Assembly: GCA_913060875.1 (NCBI GenBank)
Contig: CAJXSL010000003.1
Coordinates: forward strand, 85,045 to 149,044
Origin: an uncultured Desulfobacteraceae bacterium
GTDB lineage: Bacteria; Desulfobacterota; Desulfobacteria; Desulfobacterales; UBA5852
DNA: 64,000 nucleotides
Reading direction: 5' to 3'
The notes under the pieces were generated by a model. That model was not told the DNA's origin. It saw only the letters and a program-made list of their open reading frames with translations, and did no database searches. Both the position numbers and the translations under genes were made by a program. This document shows, one piece after another, positions 27,058 through 37,322 of this stretch. The stretch's first letter is position 1, and every line of letters starts with the position of its first letter.

Positions 27058-28182
27058 TTAGTATCGGCCGGGGGTCAACTTGAGAAGACGGCCGCCGGAA
27101 CCGTCTTCGAGCACGTACAACGCCCCGTCGGGTCCCTGCTCCACCTCGCGGATGCGCTCGCCCCATTTGAAGCGTTCGGCTTCTTGGGCCGTGTCGCCGT
27201 TTAACGCCACATGGATGAGAGCCCGGGATACCAGCCCGCCTATCAGCGCATCGCCTTGCCAATCGGTAAACAGGTCGCCATCGTAGATCACCAGGCCGGA
27301 CGGGGCGATGGAGGGCACCCAATACGCCCGGGGGGCTTCGAATTCCGGGCGAGTGTCATGGTCGGGTATCCGCCTGCCCGAGTAGTGATCGCCGTTGGAT
27401 ACGATGGGCCAGCCGTAGTTTTCGCCGGCCACGATCAGGTTCAACTCGTCGCCGTGGCGCGGCCCCATCTCGTGGACCCACAACCGGCCGTCGGCATCAA
27501 AGGCGATGCCCAGCATGTTGCGGTGACCCACGGTCCAGAATTGCCGGGCGATGGCACCCCGATCCTGCCAGGGATTGTCAGCGGGCACACTGCCGTCGTC
27601 GTTCAAACGCAGCAGCTTGCCCAGATGGCCGTCAAAATCCTGGGCCGGGTCCAATTTCTGGCGGTCGCCGGAGGTGACGAACATTTTACCGTTGGGACCG
27701 AAGGCAATGCGATGGCTGTAGTGCCCCTTTCCGGTAACTTTAGGCTTCTGTTCCCAGAGTCTTTCTACGGACGCCAGAGTGGGCGGGCTGGTTTGCAGAT
27801 CGAGCCTGGCGCGCACCACCACCGCACCCCTTGTGCGTTTATCTTTACCGAATTCGGCATAGGACAGATAGACCCAGGCATTGCGTTCAAAATCCGGATG
27901 CAGCACCACATCGCCCAGGCCGCCCTGGCCGCCATAGGCGACCTTCCACATGCCCTGCACCTCTGTTTTCGATCCGTCGGGGGCCACATGCCACAGTACC
28001 CCGGGTTTCTCGGTCACCAGAAGGGTGCCGTCGGGCAGGAAGGTCATGGCCCAAGGCTTGTCGAAGGCTGCGATCCGCGCGGCCACAAGTTTGGTACCCT
28101 CCGTGCCCTTGATGGTAAAATCTTCGGCGGCAACCGGCATCGCAAGTGTTAGGATCGTCAGGAAAAATGTAATTATGCGCAT
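27058..28182 (-). CDS. PQQ-dependent soluble sugar (aldose) dehydrogenase, YliI/SGDH family
   Basis: Signal peptide [19 protein letters not shown]. Beta-propeller motifs include [44 protein letters not shown] and GENYGWP. Confidence 0.9.
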   Translation of the reverse strand: MRIITFFLTILTLAMPVAAEDFTIKGTEGTKLVAARIAAFDKPWAMTFLPDGTLLVTEKPGVLWHVAPDGSKTEVQGMWKVAYGGQGGLGDVVLHPDFERNAWVYLSYAEFGKDKRTRGAVVVRARLDLQTSPPTLASVERLWEQKPKVTGKGHYSHRIAFGPNGKMFVTSGDRQKLDPAQDFDGHLGKLLRLNDDGSVPADNPWQDRGAIARQFWTVGHRNMLGIAFDADGRLWVHEMGPRHGDELNLIVAGENYGWPIVSNGDHYSGRRIPDHDTRPEFEAPRAYWVPSIAPSGLVIYDGDLFTDWQGDALIGGLVSRALIHVALNGDTAQEAERFKWGERIREVEQGPDGALYVLEDGSGGRLLKLTPGRY

Positions 28183-28543
28183 AGAAGTATTCCCCTTCTT
28201 TTTAAAAAAAATTTGAGAATGGGATCCAAGGCGTCCAGGGTTCAAGGATTCAAGTGTTTATCCTTCAAGGGATTGCCCGGCACTTGGAGACGCAAGCGAG
28301 GCCGCCGGCTGGTACCAGTTTTTTTCTTTCAGGAAAATAGCGCCTGCCGCGCTGGTCTCGTTTGGTATTTCGATGTCGACGCCAAGCGTCGCCTTTTCCG
28401 CTTGACGCTTTGAGCTTGGGGTTTGCCCTTGAGTTGTTCACTCGACCCCATGAATCCTTGGTCCCTCGGACCCATTCAAGACAAACTAGGGTGCCGGATG
28501 AACCCTGTCAAACCTTTCGCTTTCCCTGCTTGACGGCTCTTCC

Positions 28544-29257
28544 TTACCCTTCAAGTTCGACGGCTTCCACCAGCACTCGGGCGGTACCTTTGGCGTAAAA
28601 TCCGAGCTTTTTGGCGGCGCCGGCGCTCAAGTCGATAATCCGGCCCTCGACGAAGGGGCCGCGATCGTTGACCCGCACGATGATTTCGCGATTGTTCTCC
28701 AGATTGACGACGCGCACGAAGGTGGGCAGGGGCAGGCGCTTGTGGGCGGCATTCAGGCCGCGGGGGTCGAAAGCCTCGCCGTTGGCGGTCATGTGCCCGC
28801 CATCCTGGTGGTAGGTTTCGTAACCGTACCAGGAGGCAATGCCGGTCTCCCGATACGTCCGGGCTTTCCTGACACTCATGGGCACGTAGCGCTTACCCTT
28901 GACCACGTAGGGTGATGTCTTGACCCGTCCCTGGCGGATAGCTTCTTTGGGCGGCAAGCCGTCGATGGTTTCGATGTCGTCGTTCGTCAGGGGCCAGCTC
29001 AAGGGGGCCATGACCACCGTATAGGTGAATCGGCCCACCTGGTAAACGGTCTTGCCGGCGAATTTGGTGACGGTATAACCCAGCTTCAATGTACCGACGG
29101 TAACATCGTACGTGGTTTCGATGATGCTGCAGGAAAGCAGGCCGAGGAAGGCGGCTATCAGGATGAGTCGGGGCATTGGCACGGTGACGGTTCCCGGTTC
29201 CAGAAGCTGACGCAACAGCTTTTTTAATTTCATATCATAGTTTCGCCGATTGTGCAT
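28544..29257 (-). CDS. rlpA: Septal ring lytic transglycosylase RlpA-family lipoprotein (DPBB domain)
   Basis: Lipobox LGLLSCS. DPBB region: GIASWYGYETYHQDGGHMTANGEAFDPRGLNAAHKRLPLPTFVRVVNLENNREIIVRVNDRGPF. An internal start (MKLKKLL) is possible. Confidence 0.85.
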   Translation of the reverse strand: MHNRRNYDMKLKKLLRQLLEPGTVTVPMPRLILIAAFLGLLSCSIIETTYDVTVGTLKLGYTVTKFAGKTVYQVGRFTYTVVMAPLSWPLTNDDIETIDGLPPKEAIRQGRVKTSPYVVKGKRYVPMSVRKARTYRETGIASWYGYETYHQDGGHMTANGEAFDPRGLNAAHKRLPLPTFVRVVNLENNREIIVRVNDRGPFVEGRIIDLSAGAAKKLGFYAKGTARVLVEAVELEG

Positions 29258-29500
29258 AAGCGGCCAAAGGTTTTAGATTCGGTCGTCTGTAGACCGGAAA
29301 ACACCGTCATACGGGGCATGCCTGCTTGTAATTTCCTGATTTTCGGTCCATAGAACGCGTTTGCCTATTTTCCAGATCGGATTCAGCGGGCTGGCGACAG
29401 CGGCGATTCCGAAGGTAAAATTTTACTTGTGCGAATGGAACCGGCAATGTTATAAGCATATGCCCAATACATGAACTTTAAGATTTAAGGGGATCTACCC

Positions 29501-29938
29501 GTGGATAAGTTCGATCAGTTTGTGAATGAATTGCAGGAAAAAATTTTTGATGACGCCCGGGAGGCCTATGGCGACAAGGGCTTTGACCGCTGGCGCAACC
29601 CCCGGCACAACGGCCGGATGGATGCGGCCGACAGTTCGGCCCGTGTCACCGGCGACTGCGGCGACAGCATCGAAATCTTTCTGAAGATCGAAAACGACCG
29701 GGTCCAGGACGCCTCCTATGTTACGGACGGATGCGGAACCAGCAGCATCTGCGGATCGTTTGCCGCCGAGCTGGCCATCGGGAAGGATCTCGACGCCGTG
29801 ACCGACATCAACGGGGATGCCGTCGAAAACGCCATCGGCCGCCTTCCGGACGACGACCGGCACTGTGCGGATCTTGCCGCCGCCGCCCTGCAGGAGGCGT
29901 TGAGCCGATACATGCAGCGCACGGTTTCCGGAGAATGA
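29501..29938 (+). CDS. NifU N-terminal-like iron-sulfur cluster scaffold protein
   Basis: GTG start with RBS aagggg. The conserved Cys contexts are GDCGDSIEIFL, DGCGTSSICGS and HCADLAAAAL. Confidence 0.85.
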   Translation: MDKFDQFVNELQEKIFDDAREAYGDKGFDRWRNPRHNGRMDAADSSARVTGDCGDSIEIFLKIENDRVQDASYVTDGCGTSSICGSFAAELAIGKDLDAVTDINGDAVENAIGRLPDDDRHCADLAAAALQEALSRYMQRTVSGE

Positions 29939-30236
29939 GCACCCCGCGACCCTAACCCGAATGTCTCATGAATTTTTTTCTACGCAATAAATTTTATGCA
30001 AATATTCAGGGGTATCAAAGCTAAATGGGGAATGATTTTAAGGTGACAAATTGTACCCTTGGCCGATTTCCAAAATCATCGATAAAATTTCACCCTGCAA
30101 GCGCGCCCGAGATGTCCATTGGCCGCGTTATCAGAGACTTGCGGTACAGGCTGTACAGCAGCGCCCCTGATGTCTTGCCAATGGACATCTCGAATGCGTG
30201 AAATATCCGGGTTAACCGGAAGGAAAGGAGTGAGCC

Positions 30237-30614
30237 ATGACCAAAGTAGCCATTATCCGTTGTGAAAAAAACGAGGAACGCTGCCCCCTGACAGGTTGTA
30301 TCAATTGCCTGATGGCGGGGAAGGAAGGGTTTGCCGAATACCAGGACGCCGTACCCGCCGGTGTGTTTACCTGCCGGTGCCCGGGCGACAATGTGGCGAA
30401 CCTGGCCAAGATCCTCAAATCCAAGGGAGCCGAGGCCATTCATTTTTGCACCTGCACCTTTGCCGCTAAAACCGAGAACGGCTGGAAAATGGAAAACGGC
30501 GGATTCTGCGATCACGTCGATGCGCTGATGGAACAGGTTCATGAAGCCACCGGCCTTCCCTGTGTAAAAGGCTCGGCCCACCTGCCGGAGGGGTATGTCC
30601 CGGAAAAACTTTAG
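30237..30614 (+). CDS. CGGC-domain-like small Cys-rich protein
   Basis: 125 aa with a strong RBS (aaggaaaggag). MTKVAIIRCEKNEERCPLTGCINC...FTCRCPGDN...IHFCTCTF. Paralogous in layout to 39054..39500. Confidence 0.7.
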   Translation: MTKVAIIRCEKNEERCPLTGCINCLMAGKEGFAEYQDAVPAGVFTCRCPGDNVANLAKILKSKGAEAIHFCTCTFAAKTENGWKMENGGFCDHVDALMEQVHEATGLPCVKGSAHLPEGYVPEKL

Positions 30615-30626
30615 AATCTATCTCAA

Positions 30627-30812
30627 AAAAGTTTTTTCGCCCGATTTCGGCGTTGTGCCCTCGTCTCAAGTCCTCGACATACTATAGTATGTACCCCAAG
30701 AGTACTTCCTTCGGTGCGCCTATGCGGGTTGCACCCACCGTTGAGGGCTTGATCAGATGGGAAGTCCCGCTTTACGGGAATTCTCGGTCACGCCGTATCT
30801 CGAACGAAAACC
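30627..30812. repeat. Repeat family 2, copy A (TIR-like ends; shares cgatttcggcgtt and gccgtatctcgaacg blocks with copy C)
   Basis: The left end is aaagttttttcgcccgatttcggcgtt and the right end is gccgtatctcgaacgaaaacctt. It shows homologous blocks to 35318..35476 and to the partial copy at 31128..31163. Confidence 0.5.
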
Positions 30813-31026
30813 TTAATTTTAAGATGGCTTCTAGTCAGTTCATATGAGCCGATTTCCGGCACGCCGTCCCATCTTCCGTAGAAATGGTTTTGGCTTGCCC
30901 ATTGTCCCGCGCCGCGCATCGGCGGGACGGACGGATTAAAACACCCCGGAACGGTCGAACCTCTCCGGAGCCGCCACCAGTGGTGTCTCTTGTTGACAAA
31001 GAGCAACCATATCAGCCCGAATATTT

Positions 31027-31050
31027 CATGAAATATTCGGACTGACCGGA
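31027..31050. repeat. 24-bp perfect AT-rich palindrome, copy 2 (ccgaatatttcatgaaatattcgg)
   Basis: Perfect inverted repeat with the same flanks as the copy at 9377..9400. It lies about 180 nt upstream of selO. Confidence 0.6.
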
Positions 31051-31127
31051 AAGGGGCCTCCTTTCGGCCCCCCTCCCTCTTGACCTTCGGGATTTTCATC
31101 CCAACGTTTGCAAAAACGATCCCAAAA

Positions 31128-31163
31128 CGTCTTTTCGCCCGATATCGGCGTTGATACCTCGCC
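31128..31163. repeat. Repeat family 2, partial copy B (left end only)
   Basis: cgtcttttcgcccgatatcggcgttgatacctcgcc matches the left end of copy A (ttttcgcccgatttcggcgttgtgccctcg). Confidence 0.4.
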
Positions 31164-31228
31164 TATATTTTGGACATAAATCCAATTTTTGAGATGCTTT
31201 TTTCCTGTGGTGGACTGGAGAGGATGCC

Positions 31229-32710
31229 ATGACGTCCAGCAGCAAACCCAACCGCCCCGACGCCGGGTGGCACTTCGATAACAGTTATGCGCGGTTGCCG
31301 GCGGCGTTCCATGTCCGGATGAATCCCGTGCCGGTACGCACACCGAAACGGGTGATTTTCAACGAGGCGCTGGCGCAATCCCTGGGGCTGAACCCCGAGG
31401 CCCTGAAGGGCGAGGAGGGGGCCGCCATTTTCGCGGGCAACAAAGTTCCCGAGGGCGCCGAGCCGCTGGCCCAGGCCTATGCCGGGCATCAATTCGGCCA
31501 CTTCACCATGCTGGGCGACGGGCGGGCCATCCTGCTGGGCGAGCAGGTCACCCCGCAGGGAGCGCGTTTCGACATCCAGTTCAAGGGATCCGGCCGGACG
31601 CCCTTTTCACGAAATGGGGACGGACGGGCGGCCCTGGGGCCGATGCTGCGGGAATACATCATCAGCGAGGCCCTGCACGCCCTGGGCATACCGACCACCC
31701 GCAGCCTGGCAGTGGTGACCACGGGGGAGCCGGTGTTCCGTGAGACCCCGCTTGAAGGGGCGATTCTCACCCGTACGGCGGCCAGCCACATCCGCGTGGG
31801 CACGTTCGAGTATGCGGCGGCCCGCGGCAACCCCGACGACCTTCGGGCCTTGGCCGATTACACCCTCCGCCGCCACTTTCCCGATCTGGCCGCCACCGAA
31901 AACCCCTATCTTGCCCTGCTTGAAGCTGTCATGGAGCGGCAGGCTTCCCTGGTGGCCCGCTGGCTGCTGGTGGGCTTCATCCACGGCGTCATGAACACGG
32001 ACAACGTGGCCCTTGGCGGGGAGACCATCGACTACGGCCCCTGCGCGTTCATGGACGCCTACGACCCGGATACCGTCTTCAGCTCCATCGACCACCATGG
32101 CCGCTACGCCTACGGCCGGCAGCCGCAGATCGCCCAGTGGAACCTGGCCCGTTTGGCCGAGACCCTGCTTTCCCTCATCCACGAAGACCACCAGGCGGCC
32201 GTATCCATGGCCACCGGGGCCATCACTGGATTTCCCGATACCTTTCGCCAATACTGGCTGGCGGGTATGCGGGCCAAACTGGGTTTGTCGAACCAGGAGG
32301 CGGACGACGGCGCCCTGGTGGAGGACCTGCTGAGTTGCATGCACCGGCACGGGGCGGATTTTACCAACACCTTCCGCGATCTCGCATCCGGTTCCCAGCC
32401 GGAGGCCTCGGTATTCCAGGCCCCGGATTTCCAGCAGTGGTTCGCGCGCTGGCAGGCCCGGCTGAAACGCCAACCCGACGCCTGGGAAACCGCTCGCCAG
32501 TGCATGAACACCCACAACCCGGCGGTCATCCCCCGCAACCATCGGGTGGAAGAGGCCCTGGCTGCGGCCGTGGAGCGGGCCGACCTATCGGTGATGGAAA
32601 ACCTGCTGGATGTTCTCGCCCGCCCCTACGACGATCCGCCGGAAGAGAGCGGCTACCACCTGCCGGCGCCCCCTTCGGCGGAGCCCTACCGTACCTTCTG
32701 CGGAACATAA
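31229..32710 (+). CDS. selO: Protein adenylyltransferase SelO (YdiU family pseudokinase-fold AMPylase)
   Basis: 493 aa. The N-terminus reads [12 protein letters not shown], followed by [23 protein letters not shown] and [25 protein letters not shown]. Confidence 0.95.
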   Translation: MTSSSKPNRPDAGWHFDNSYARLPAAFHVRMNPVPVRTPKRVIFNEALAQSLGLNPEALKGEEGAAIFAGNKVPEGAEPLAQAYAGHQFGHFTMLGDGRAILLGEQVTPQGARFDIQFKGSGRTPFSRNGDGRAALGPMLREYIISEALHALGIPTTRSLAVVTTGEPVFRETPLEGAILTRTAASHIRVGTFEYAAARGNPDDLRALADYTLRRHFPDLAATENPYLALLEAVMERQASLVARWLLVGFIHGVMNTDNVALGGETIDYGPCAFMDAYDPDTVFSSIDHHGRYAYGRQPQIAQWNLARLAETLLSLIHEDHQAAVSMATGAITGFPDTFRQYWLAGMRAKLGLSNQEADDGALVEDLLSCMHRHGADFTNTFRDLASGSQPEASVFQAPDFQQWFARWQARLKRQPDAWETARQCMNTHNPAVIPRNHRVEEALAAAVERADLSVMENLLDVLARPYDDPPEESGYHLPAPPSAEPYRTFCGT

Positions 32711-32825
32711 GGACGGTTTCCACCCTGAACAGACAACCCGTTGGAAGCCGTCTTCAGCGGGGCAGCACCCCCCTTCCCCCCCCTTGATGCAGGGAAGAAA
32801 AACGGGCTTTTCCTGCGCCTTCCGC

Positions 32826-33998
32826 CTATGCCACCTGTCCGCTGCGCAGCCGCGGCGGCAGAACGAAGACTTTACGCAAGCCCTCCTTAAGCGAAATCGC
32901 CTCTTCCGGGCAGAAGCGGGCGCAGACCCCGCAGCCCAGGCAGGAGGCTTCATCCCGCACGGCCAGTCCGTCGTCATCCAGGGCGATCGCATCGGTGGGG
33001 CACCAGTCCACGCAGGTGCCGCAGCCGGTGCAGGCATCGGCATCGATCACGGAGAGATGATAGGTGGAGTTGACCAAGGGCAGGGTGCCGTCGCGCCACA
33101 GGCGAAACGTATCGCAGCAGTCCTTGCAGCAGTTGCAGATGCTGGTCTCGAGGGCTGATTCCCGCGCCCCCGGGTGAAAGGCCTTGTGGACCAGGCCGGC
33201 CTCCTCGGCCTCTTTGAGGATCTTGAGGGCCTCATCGCGGGTAACCGGCCGGGCAAAGCCCTGGGCCACGGTGTGACGGGCCGATTTGCCGAAAGTGAAG
33301 CAGTTTTGGACCGGCGCCTGGGTGCGGCAGGGTTCGCCCAGAAGATTCCGCCGCTGGCGGCAGAAGCAGTAGCCCACCGCAATGTCGTCAAATTTGGCGA
33401 TGATCTCTTCCACCGTCTGGCTGGGGAGAACGAATTCCTCGCCGCCCTCGATCGGTTTGTCCACCGGGATGACACGGATGGCCTGACCGTCGGTCGTGCT
33501 GCCACCCGGCACGGTGCGGTCGATGGCCGGTGCGGCCTTGAAGAGGGGCATCAGGGCCTCGTAATTGCCCTGGGTCTGCTCCCGGAGATCGGCCAGCATC
33601 TTTTCGAACAGCCGGGCGAGCTCTTTCTCCTCGTCGCTGCCGGTCAGCTCCCCCATGAACTTGTATTCCATCAACCCCACCATCATGAGGGGCAGGAGCC
33701 GGTAGACCATGACGCCCTTTGAGTTGGGCTGATTGAACACCAACCCTTTTTGGGCCAGGCTGTCCGCCAGGGCCCCGGCCTTTTCCGCCGGGAACCCGCT
33801 CGAAGCCGCGAGCTGCTCCAGGGTCTGGGAGGGTTGTTCGCGGAAGGCATGGATCAGGTCCAACTCGTCTTCAACGTCACCCACCGCACGCTGAATAATG
33901 GCCACCGCCGTCGGTGAAACCGGAAACTGAACCATCCCCTGCCGGCAGATGACCCCGGCTGAGCGTTCGAACTTTTCCTGCAAGGTGATCTCGGTCAT
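32826..33998 (-). CDS. 4Fe-4S dicluster domain protein with N-terminal winged-helix-like region
   Basis: 390 aa. The C-terminus has CTGCGTCVDWCP and CLGCGVCARFCP ferredoxin motifs, plus CNCCKDCC. The RBS gaggag lies upstream. Confidence 0.75.
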   Translation of the reverse strand: MTEITLQEKFERSAGVICRQGMVQFPVSPTAVAIIQRAVGDVEDELDLIHAFREQPSQTLEQLAASSGFPAEKAGALADSLAQKGLVFNQPNSKGVMVYRLLPLMMVGLMEYKFMGELTGSDEEKELARLFEKMLADLREQTQGNYEALMPLFKAAPAIDRTVPGGSTTDGQAIRVIPVDKPIEGGEEFVLPSQTVEEIIAKFDDIAVGYCFCRQRRNLLGEPCRTQAPVQNCFTFGKSARHTVAQGFARPVTRDEALKILKEAEEAGLVHKAFHPGARESALETSICNCCKDCCDTFRLWRDGTLPLVNSTYHLSVIDADACTGCGTCVDWCPTDAIALDDDGLAVRDEASCLGCGVCARFCPEEAISLKEGLRKVFVLPPRLRSGQVA

Positions 33999-34210
33999 GG
34001 TGTTGTCGCTCCTCGGAAGTGAGTTGTGAAAAGACAGATCAAACCGTCATGGGGGCTGTTTGTCAAGCTTGGGAAGCGAAACCCAGATAAATTGGTGCGT
34101 TTCCATTTCGCGTGGCCGAAAATAAAGAAACCATTTCCGGACGATCACAGTATACGATATATAAGACGCCTTTGCGGAAAACTTATGGTTTGCCAAACTG
34201 GACGGAAGCC

Positions 34211-34804
34211 ATGATCGACATCATCGACCATCTGCCCGAAGCCCATATCCAAGCTGCCGTGCGTCTTTACTACACCGGCCTGGAGGCCAAGCTGGCGCCG
34301 GTTTTCGGGCCCCTGGACTCCGCCCTGGCCGTGCTGCCCCGCAGCATTCATCCCACCCGCTGCCTCACGGCCTTTACAAAGGGCCGGCTGGCGGGCATCC
34401 TCGGCCTCCACGACCAGCAGGGCAGCTTCCTGGAGCCGTCTTACGGCGCCATGGTCCGGCACTACGGACAGGTTGCCGGCACATTTCGGACCATGCTGCT
34501 CATGCTGCTGGACCACAAGCAGCCCCCCGGAGATCTCTATCTGGACGGCATCGTGGTCGATCCTTCCCTTAGGGGGCAGGGCATCGGCAGCGCTCTTTTG
34601 GCGGCTTTCGAGAACCTGGCCCGGGACAACGGCTTTGCCACCGTCTCCCTGGAGGTCATTGACACCAACTCCCGAGCCTGTCACCTCTATGCACGCCGGG
34701 GTTACCGCAAAATTGCCACCCACACCATGGGACCCTTCAGCCGCCTTTTCGGGTTTCGCACCACGTTCCGGATGACCAAGGCCGTTGGCGCATCGCTTTC
34801 TTGA
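34211..34804 (+). CDS. GNAT-family N-acetyltransferase
   Basis: Acetyl-CoA binding motif LRGQGIGSALLAAFENLARDNGF. I prefer the ATG at 34211 over the listed GTG at 34112. Confidence 0.8.
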   Translation: MIDIIDHLPEAHIQAAVRLYYTGLEAKLAPVFGPLDSALAVLPRSIHPTRCLTAFTKGRLAGILGLHDQQGSFLEPSYGAMVRHYGQVAGTFRTMLLMLLDHKQPPGDLYLDGIVVDPSLRGQGIGSALLAAFENLARDNGFATVSLEVIDTNSRACHLYARRGYRKIATHTMGPFSRLFGFRTTFRMTKAVGASLS

Positions 34805-34847
34805 ATCGATCGCTTTTTCGATTGACAAATCATTACCCTGAATATAT

Positions 34848-35309
34848 TTGTATGTACAAACAAGAAAGCATGTAATGACCGAATCCAAATCGATACTGAA
34901 CCACTGTCTCTATTTCACGGCCAACGCCCTTTCCCGGGTGATCACCCGCATGGCCGAGGAGGAGTTCAGGCCCACAGGCCTGTCGCCGTCCCACGCTTTT
35001 CTGATGATGCAGGTCATCGACCAGCCCGGCATCACCCAGAAAGCCCTCGGCGCGGAGCTGCACCTGGCGCCTTCCACGGTCACACGCTTCGTGGACGCCC
35101 TGGTTCACAAAGGCTATCTGGAAAGGGCGGTGGACGGTAAAACCACCCGGATCACGGCCACAGAAACGGGGCGGCGCCTGCACGAGCCCATCAGGGCGGC
35201 CTGGAAAAGCCTGCACATGCGCTACGCAGCCATTTTGGGCCTGAAAAAGGGCGACGCCCTCACGCGGGTAATCGACCGGGCTGGAACCCTGCTGGAAGAA
35301 AATCTTTAA
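34848..35309 (+). CDS. MarR-family transcriptional regulator
   Basis: Winged HTH: LSPSHAFLMMQVIDQPGITQKALGAELHLAPSTVTRFVDALVHKGYLER. An alternative start at 34875 is possible. Confidence 0.85.
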   Translation: MYVQTRKHVMTESKSILNHCLYFTANALSRVITRMAEEEFRPTGLSPSHAFLMMQVIDQPGITQKALGAELHLAPSTVTRFVDALVHKGYLERAVDGKTTRITATETGRRLHEPIRAAWKSLHMRYAAILGLKKGDALTRVIDRAGTLLEENL

Positions 35310-35317
35310 ACTTTGAC

Positions 35318-35476
35318 GGTTTCGTAAAAAGTCCGATTCCCCTGGGGGGGACTAAAGATCGGCGTTACGCTTCATCCCTCGTCACTGCGGCGTACGATAA
35401 GTACGCTGCCTGCAACACCCGCGACAGCGGTATTCCTCGGGATTCGCAAGCCGTATCTCGAACGTTTTACGAAACC
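35318..35476. repeat. Repeat family 2, copy C (159 bp) with perfect 12-bp terminal inverted repeats
   Basis: ggtttcgtaaaa (35318..35329) and ttttacgaaacc (35465..35476). Internal blocks agatcggcgtta and gccgtatctcgaacg are shared with copy A. Confidence 0.55.
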
Positions 35477-35570
35477 ATCAACTTTAGGAATAGGAAGCCA
35501 ACCGGGTGGCACCGGGAGGCGAATGACGAATCAAGCTTGTTGTATGTACATACAAAAAAGGAGGCTTAAA

Positions 35571-36209
<639 letters not shown>

Positions 36210-36380
36210 AAAAATAACGTCGCCATTGTTGGAGACAAGGCGCTGATGTTGTAATTTTTTTGATTGTTCCGCGGACCCGGGAATCCTTGACCCCTTGACC
36301 CCTCGGCATTACTATCCACCCTTCGATGCCATCGGAGACCAACGCAAAAGGGCCTGTAAATGCCAAAGGAAACCTGTCTC

Positions 36381-37301
36381 ATGCCCCCTGTTAAAACCAT
36401 CGCCATTCTCGGCGCCGGCGCCATGGGCGGCGCCTATGCCGCCATGCTGAATTCCAATGAAGCGCTCAAAACCATGTTCGTGGCCAGCGGCCCGCGCGCC
36501 GAACGCCTCGCCCGGGAGGGGCTGGTGGTCAACGGCACACCTTTGAAACTTCCCGTGGTGGGTCCGGACGACCCGGCGGCGCCCGCCGATCTCATCATCG
36601 TGGCGCTGAAGCATCACCACCTCCAGGCGGCCCTGCCCGATCTGGCCCCCCTGGTGGGCGAGGAGACCACCATCCTCTCCATCATGAACGGCCTGGAAAG
36701 CGAGACGGTTATCGGGGCGCACTATGGCGCGGAGAAGCTGGTGCTGGCCATCTCCGTGGGCATCGATGCCCTGCGGGAGGGCCGACACATCACCTACTCA
36801 AACCCCGGCAAGCTCATTTTCGGCGAGCCCGCCAATGCAAACACCAGCCCCCGAGTCCGGAAGCTACAGGACACTTTCTCCCGGGCCGGCATCCCTCATG
36901 CAACACCCGAAGACATGGTCCGCACCATGTGGTGGAAATTCATGATCAACGTGGGCATGAACCAGGCCTCGGCCGTGATGGGGGCGCCCTACGGTGTCTT
37001 TCAGACGTCGGAAGATGCCCGGGCGCTCATGAACGCCCTCATGGACGAGGTCATCGCCCTGGCCCGGGCCTCAGACGTGAATCTCTCTGAAAAGGATGTG
37101 GACGACTGGCTTGAAATCCTGCCCACCCTATCTTCCGACGGGAAAACCTCCATGCTCCAGGACATCGAGGCCGGCCGCCGCACCGAAGTGGATGTCTTCG
37201 GGGGTAAAGTGGTCGCCCTGGGCCGGGAACTCGGCATCGCCACCCCGGTCAATGCAGCCCTGCTCAATATCATTCGCGTGCTGGAAGCGCGTATGGCCTG
37301 A
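36381..37301 (+). CDS. panE: 2-dehydropantoate 2-reductase (ketopantoate reductase, ApbA/PanE family)
   Basis: Rossmann motif IAILGAGAMGGAYA. The C-terminus has the family region SMLQDIEAGRRTEVDVFGG. The start is at 36360 or 36381. Confidence 0.9.
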   Translation: MPPVKTIAILGAGAMGGAYAAMLNSNEALKTMFVASGPRAERLAREGLVVNGTPLKLPVVGPDDPAAPADLIIVALKHHHLQAALPDLAPLVGEETTILSIMNGLESETVIGAHYGAEKLVLAISVGIDALREGRHITYSNPGKLIFGEPANANTSPRVRKLQDTFSRAGIPHATPEDMVRTMWWKFMINVGMNQASAVMGAPYGVFQTSEDARALMNALMDEVIALARASDVNLSEKDVDDWLEILPTLSSDGKTSMLQDIEAGRRTEVDVFGGKVVALGRELGIATPVNAALLNIIRVLEARMA

Positions 37302-37322
37302 CGCTGTATGAATGGACACTTC

